Origin: an uncultured candidate division Zixibacteria bacterium | Lineage (GTDB): Bacteria > Zixibacteria > MSB-5A5 > GN15 > FEB-12 | NCBI GenBank assembly: GCA_963735035.1 | Contig: CAVTJJ010000002.1 | Span: forward strand, 1 to 64,000 | Length of the DNA: 64,000 bases | Direction: 5' to 3' | Part shown: one piece after another, positions 60,460 through 64,000 of the stretch | How positions within the stretch are numbered: the stretch's first letter is position 1 | Layout of the letters: every line of letters starts with the position of its first letter | The notes under the pieces: generated by a model | What the model was told of the DNA's origin: nothing | Database searches by the model: none | Seen by the model: the letters and a program-made list of their open reading frames with translations, nothing else | Translations under genes and position numbers: made by a program

Positions 60460-61848
60460 ATGAATACAAACTGGAAACCATCGTTCGACATCAATAGCGA
60501 ATTGCTCTATCTGGCCATCGCCAATGCCATTTCCGATGATATCGATCGCGGCGAACTGGCTATGGGCTTCAAGCTCCCTACCCAGAGAGACCTGGCCGAC
60601 CAGCTTGGCGTGGCGCTTGGGACCGTGACCCGCGCCTACTCCGAGGCCGAACGTCGCGGTCTGATTCGCGGCGATGGCCGGCGCGGTACGTTTGTCGGAG
60701 CACATCAGACCGGACGGTCATTTCTGACTGCCATGTCGGGCCAAGTTCAACCCGGTATCGACCTAAGCAAGAATCACCCGGCGTACGGTCTCGATCCCGA
60801 TTTGGGAGCCGCGTTGCGGACATTGTCGCGAAGCCCACAGGCTCAGGAACTCTTGCAGTATTCACCAGCCGCCGGGATGATGCGTCACCGCGAAGTCGGC
60901 GCTGCCTGGCTACGCTCTTTGGGCGCGCAGTCTACCGCCGATTCGGTGTTCGTGACCACCGGGGCCCAGCACGCACTGTCGGTGATCTTCGCCGCCGAAA
61001 CGCGCCGTGGTGACATTATCGCCGCCGAGCAGTACACTTATCCGGGTGTCCGCGCTTTAGCCGAACAGCTCGATCTTCAGGTTGTAGCGGTCCCCACCGA
61101 CGAGTTCGGCATCCTGCCGGACGCACTCGATTCGATTTGTCGTCAGAAAGCTGTCCGTCTGCTCTACTGCAACCCGTCACTCAACAATCCGACCAACGTG
61201 ATATATCCTCTCACGCGTCGGAAAGAGATTGCAGCTGTCGCGGCTCAGCATGACTTGATGATCATCGAAGACGAGATCATGCGACCCCTGCTGGATGACC
61301 ACCCAGGCTTCATCGCCGACATTTTGCCCGACCAGACCCATCTCGTCCTGTCGGCTTCGAAAGCGGTTGCCGCCGGGCTGCGGGTTGGGTTCATTCAGGC
61401 GCCGCTCAAATCGCACCAGCGTTTGATCGACAGTCTGAACGCTTCCTGCCTGGGAGCTCCGCCCCTCATGACTGAGCTATTTGCCCTTTGGTTCAAGGAC
61501 GGCACCCTGGAAAAGACCATTGAACGCCGTCGTCATGATTCGGCAGCACGCCAGAAAGTGGCTGAGGAGACTCTGGGCGGATTCAGGCTTCACACTCACC
61601 CCTGCAGCTATCATGTGTGGCTGGAACTGCCTGAAAAATGGAGCGGCGAACGTCTGGCCGTGGAAGCGCAGTTGCGTGGCATCGCGATTACCCCGGCTGA
61701 AGTGTTCGCGGTTGACCGAAAATCCCCGCTGGGCGCGGTTAGACTCTCACTGGTCTTGCCTCCCAATTTGGAGATTCTGAGGTCAAGCCTCAAAATAGTG
61801 GCCGATTTACTCCACGGAGCCGCCGGGCATCACATGGCAACCGTGTAA
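60460..61848 (+). CDS. MocR/GabR-family GntR regulator with aminotransferase domain
   Basis: LPTQRDLADQLGVALGTVTRAY wHTH, GTFV, TGAQHAL, NPT, IEDE, SASK..GLRVG. Confidence 0.92.
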   Translation: MNTNWKPSFDINSELLYLAIANAISDDIDRGELAMGFKLPTQRDLADQLGVALGTVTRAYSEAERRGLIRGDGRRGTFVGAHQTGRSFLTAMSGQVQPGIDLSKNHPAYGLDPDLGAALRTLSRSPQAQELLQYSPAAGMMRHREVGAAWLRSLGAQSTADSVFVTTGAQHALSVIFAAETRRGDIIAAEQYTYPGVRALAEQLDLQVVAVPTDEFGILPDALDSICRQKAVRLLYCNPSLNNPTNVIYPLTRRKEIAAVAAQHDLMIIEDEIMRPLLDDHPGFIADILPDQTHLVLSASKAVAAGLRVGFIQAPLKSHQRLIDSLNASCLGAPPLMTELFALWFKDGTLEKTIERRRHDSAARQKVAEETLGGFRLHTHPCSYHVWLELPEKWSGERLAVEAQLRGIAITPAEVFAVDRKSPLGAVRLSLVLPPNLEILRSSLKIVADLLHGAAGHHMATV

Positions 61849-62035
61849 CATCCTGACTCATATTCAGTTACCGACGGTAAGTGGATTGATGGAACAGATA
61901 GATTTGTCCTGTGTAAACAAGAAACTGATACCTTACGGAGTTGCGCATTTCGTATAATGCCAATCCCGTGTCGCCATATCCGCATAGATTCGGCGGGAGA
62001 CGACCTAACAGCGATGTGTCCGCGAGATATTGAAT

Positions 62036-63235
62036 ATGAACGAACTGAACGCCAGCAATAGTGACCTGTCCGCTCTCAAGATAGACCGTTCCACACGATC
62101 CGGTCCGCCCGGACGTTGGAAGAGATGGCTCCACCTGCTATGGATTCTCGTGCCGGTGGTAGTCTATTTCGGCTATGACGTGGCCATTAAGAAAGTCACG
62201 CCTTCACTGAAAGTGAAGACCGATCAGGTGAAGTACCTGACCGGCGCCGAAGCGTCCGTTGAACTGGTAGCCACAGGTTATGTAGTCGCTCAAGTCAAAG
62301 CCGATGTTTCTGCCAAAGCCACCGGCCTGCTCAAGCGGCTGACAGTCGAAGAAGGCGACACCGTTCATGCCGGCGAAATTCTTGGCGAGTTGGACAACGA
62401 AGACTTGAAAGCCGCCCTGGATTTGGCAAAAGCTAATTTGAGGCAAGTACAGGCCGATTCGGTAGCCGCCGATTTGAATTTCAAGCGCCAGCAGAGCCTG
62501 GTCGAAAGAGGTTTCGCGTCCGAAGAGGCGCTGGAAAACGCCACCGCTACCTGGCATCGTGCTATCGCAAACATTGAGGCTATGAAAGCCGGCGTAAAGG
62601 CCGCCGAAGTTGCTTACGAAAATAGCTTCATCCGTGCTCCTTTCAGTGGGACGGTCCTGACCAAACAAGCCGATATCGGCGAGATGGTTGCCCCGTTCGC
62701 AGCGGCAACATCCTCTCGTGGAGCGGTTGTCACAATCGCCGACATGACTTCGCTTGAAGTCGAAGCCGACGTCTCGGAATCGAACATCCAGAAAGTGATC
62801 GTGGGCCAGCCTTGCGAGATCGTCCTCGACGCCTATCCGCAGGTCAAATACGACGGCTACGTGAAGAAGATCATTCCTACCGCAGATCGAACCCGAGCCA
62901 CGGTCATGACCAAGATAGGTTTCAATGCTATCGATGGTCGGGTACTGCCGGATATGTCCGCCCGTGTGAATTTCCTCCCATCAAAGAACGCGGCCGCGCC
63001 CGCCGTACAACCGGTGTTGGTTGTCAACAGCGATGCGGTTACGCAGCGACTGGGTCAGTCCGTGGTGTTCAAAGTCGAGCAAGACCTGGCGAGGCAGATT
63101 GTCATAGGGGCGGGACGCAAGCTCGGTGACGTCCGCGAAGTTCTATCCGGTCTCAAGGCCGGGGACAAAGTCATTCTCTCTCCCCCCGGCGGACTTCAGG
63201 ACGGGGATAAAGTCGAAGAGTCACAGACAATTTAG
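62036..63235 (+). CDS. Efflux periplasmic adaptor (MacA-like membrane fusion protein)
   Basis: TM, ATGYVVA, VEEGDTV, IRAPFSGTV, LEVEADVSE, GLKAGDKV. Confidence 0.88.
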   Translation: MNELNASNSDLSALKIDRSTRSGPPGRWKRWLHLLWILVPVVVYFGYDVAIKKVTPSLKVKTDQVKYLTGAEASVELVATGYVVAQVKADVSAKATGLLKRLTVEEGDTVHAGEILGELDNEDLKAALDLAKANLRQVQADSVAADLNFKRQQSLVERGFASEEALENATATWHRAIANIEAMKAGVKAAEVAYENSFIRAPFSGTVLTKQADIGEMVAPFAAATSSRGAVVTIADMTSLEVEADVSESNIQKVIVGQPCEIVLDAYPQVKYDGYVKKIIPTADRTRATVMTKIGFNAIDGRVLPDMSARVNFLPSKNAAAPAVQPVLVVNSDAVTQRLGQSVVFKVEQDLARQIVIGAGRKLGDVREVLSGLKAGDKVILSPPGGLQDGDKVEESQTI

Positions 63236-63250
63236 TTCAGGTTGAGAAAT

Positions 63251-63925
63251 ATGAGTGATGCAATCGTTCAGGTTCGAGAGTTGTTCAAGTCGTACTACCG
63301 TGATTCATTGGAGATTCCGGTTCTACACAATATCAATCTGGAGATTCCCCAGGGTCAGTTCGTAGCGCTCATGGGGCCTTCCGGATCAGGCAAAACGACA
63401 TTGTTGAACCTGATAGCCGGCATTGACAGACCAACCTCCGGCAGTCTCTCCGTAGCCGGTGAGGAAGTTGCAAGCCTGAGTGACGGCAATCTGGCCAAAT
63501 GGCGGTCACGCCACATCGGCTTTATCTTTCAGTTCTATAATTTGCTGCCGGTTCTGACCGCATTCGAAAATGTCGAGCTGCCATTACTACTGACCAGCCT
63601 TTCGCGTAAAGAACGTCGGCAGCACGTGGAATCGGCTCTCGGGGTTGTCGGCTTGTCCGACCGGGTGAAACATTATCCCCGCCAACTCTCGGGTGGTCAG
63701 GAGCAGCGCGTAGCGATTGCCCGCGCTATCGTGTCCGATCCTACCCTCTTGCTGGCCGATGAGCCCACCGGCGACTTGGACAAGAATTCAGCGGAAGAAA
63801 TCATGACCTTGATGACCCGACTGAATAAGGAGTTCAACAAAACCATTGTAATGGTTACCCACGATCCACGGGCCGCAGAAAAGGCGTCCATCATCCGCCA
63901 TCTTGACAAAGGGGAACTTCAATAA
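63251..63925 (+). CDS. ABC transporter ATP-binding protein (LolD/MacB-like)
   Basis: GPSGSGKT, LSGGQEQRVAIARA, LADEPTG, VTHD. Confidence 0.93.
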   Translation: MSDAIVQVRELFKSYYRDSLEIPVLHNINLEIPQGQFVALMGPSGSGKTTLLNLIAGIDRPTSGSLSVAGEEVASLSDGNLAKWRSRHIGFIFQFYNLLPVLTAFENVELPLLLTSLSRKERRQHVESALGVVGLSDRVKHYPRQLSGGQEQRVAIARAIVSDPTLLLADEPTGDLDKNSAEEIMTLMTRLNKEFNKTIVMVTHDPRAAEKASIIRHLDKGELQ

Positions 63926-64000
63926 TGAAGCTTCTCAAGCTTATTTGGAAGAACGCCGGTCGCCACAAGCTACGGACTTTTCTTACCGTTCTTGGGTTAG
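63925..64000 (+). CDS. ABC transporter permease, 5' end (partial)
   Basis: MKLLKLIWKNAGRHKLRTFLTVLGL overlapping the ATPase stop (TAATG). Confidence 0.75.
   Translation, partial: MKLLKLIWKNAGRHKLRTFLTVLGL

Overview
The window appears to be three unrelated pieces joined at about 26910 and 27407, where genes are cut mid-domain and base composition shifts. Segment A (1-~26909) is very GC-rich and probably an anaerobic Actinomycetota, inferred from a CwlM-like amidase, a GerMN lipoprotein and leaderless starts. Its main feature is a complete but rearranged pyrrolysine (22nd amino acid) system: pylB-pylC-pylD, a tRNA-Pyl with CUA anticodon (21792-21864), and a split synthetase whose halves pylSn and pylSc face each other convergently. 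Upstream and co-directional are a NifV-like synthase, a LeuC/LeuD-like dehydratase and an (homo)isocitrate dehydrogenase. Further upstream are gatCAB and a C1-folate cluster (fhs, fchA, a degenerate folD) beside a NuoE plus NuoF-GltD (Stn-like) oxidoreductase. No Pyl-containing client gene is visible, and TAG still ends ordinary genes. Two TAG stops run in frame into the next gene, and pylSc itself ends in TAG. Segment B (~26910-27406) is a 0.5 kb gene fragment. Segment C (~27407-64000, moderate GC) holds a ~23 kb minus-strand respiratory supercluster: cbb3 oxidase with maturation genes, alternative complex III, and an A2-type caa3 oxidase. It also has an octaheme cytochrome c/4Fe-4S/NrfD module, a Zn-finger-SWIB protein, a MocR/aminotransferase pair, an ABC exporter and several REP-like hairpin families. 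About eleven single-base frameshifts, several in homopolymer runs, look like sequencing errors.
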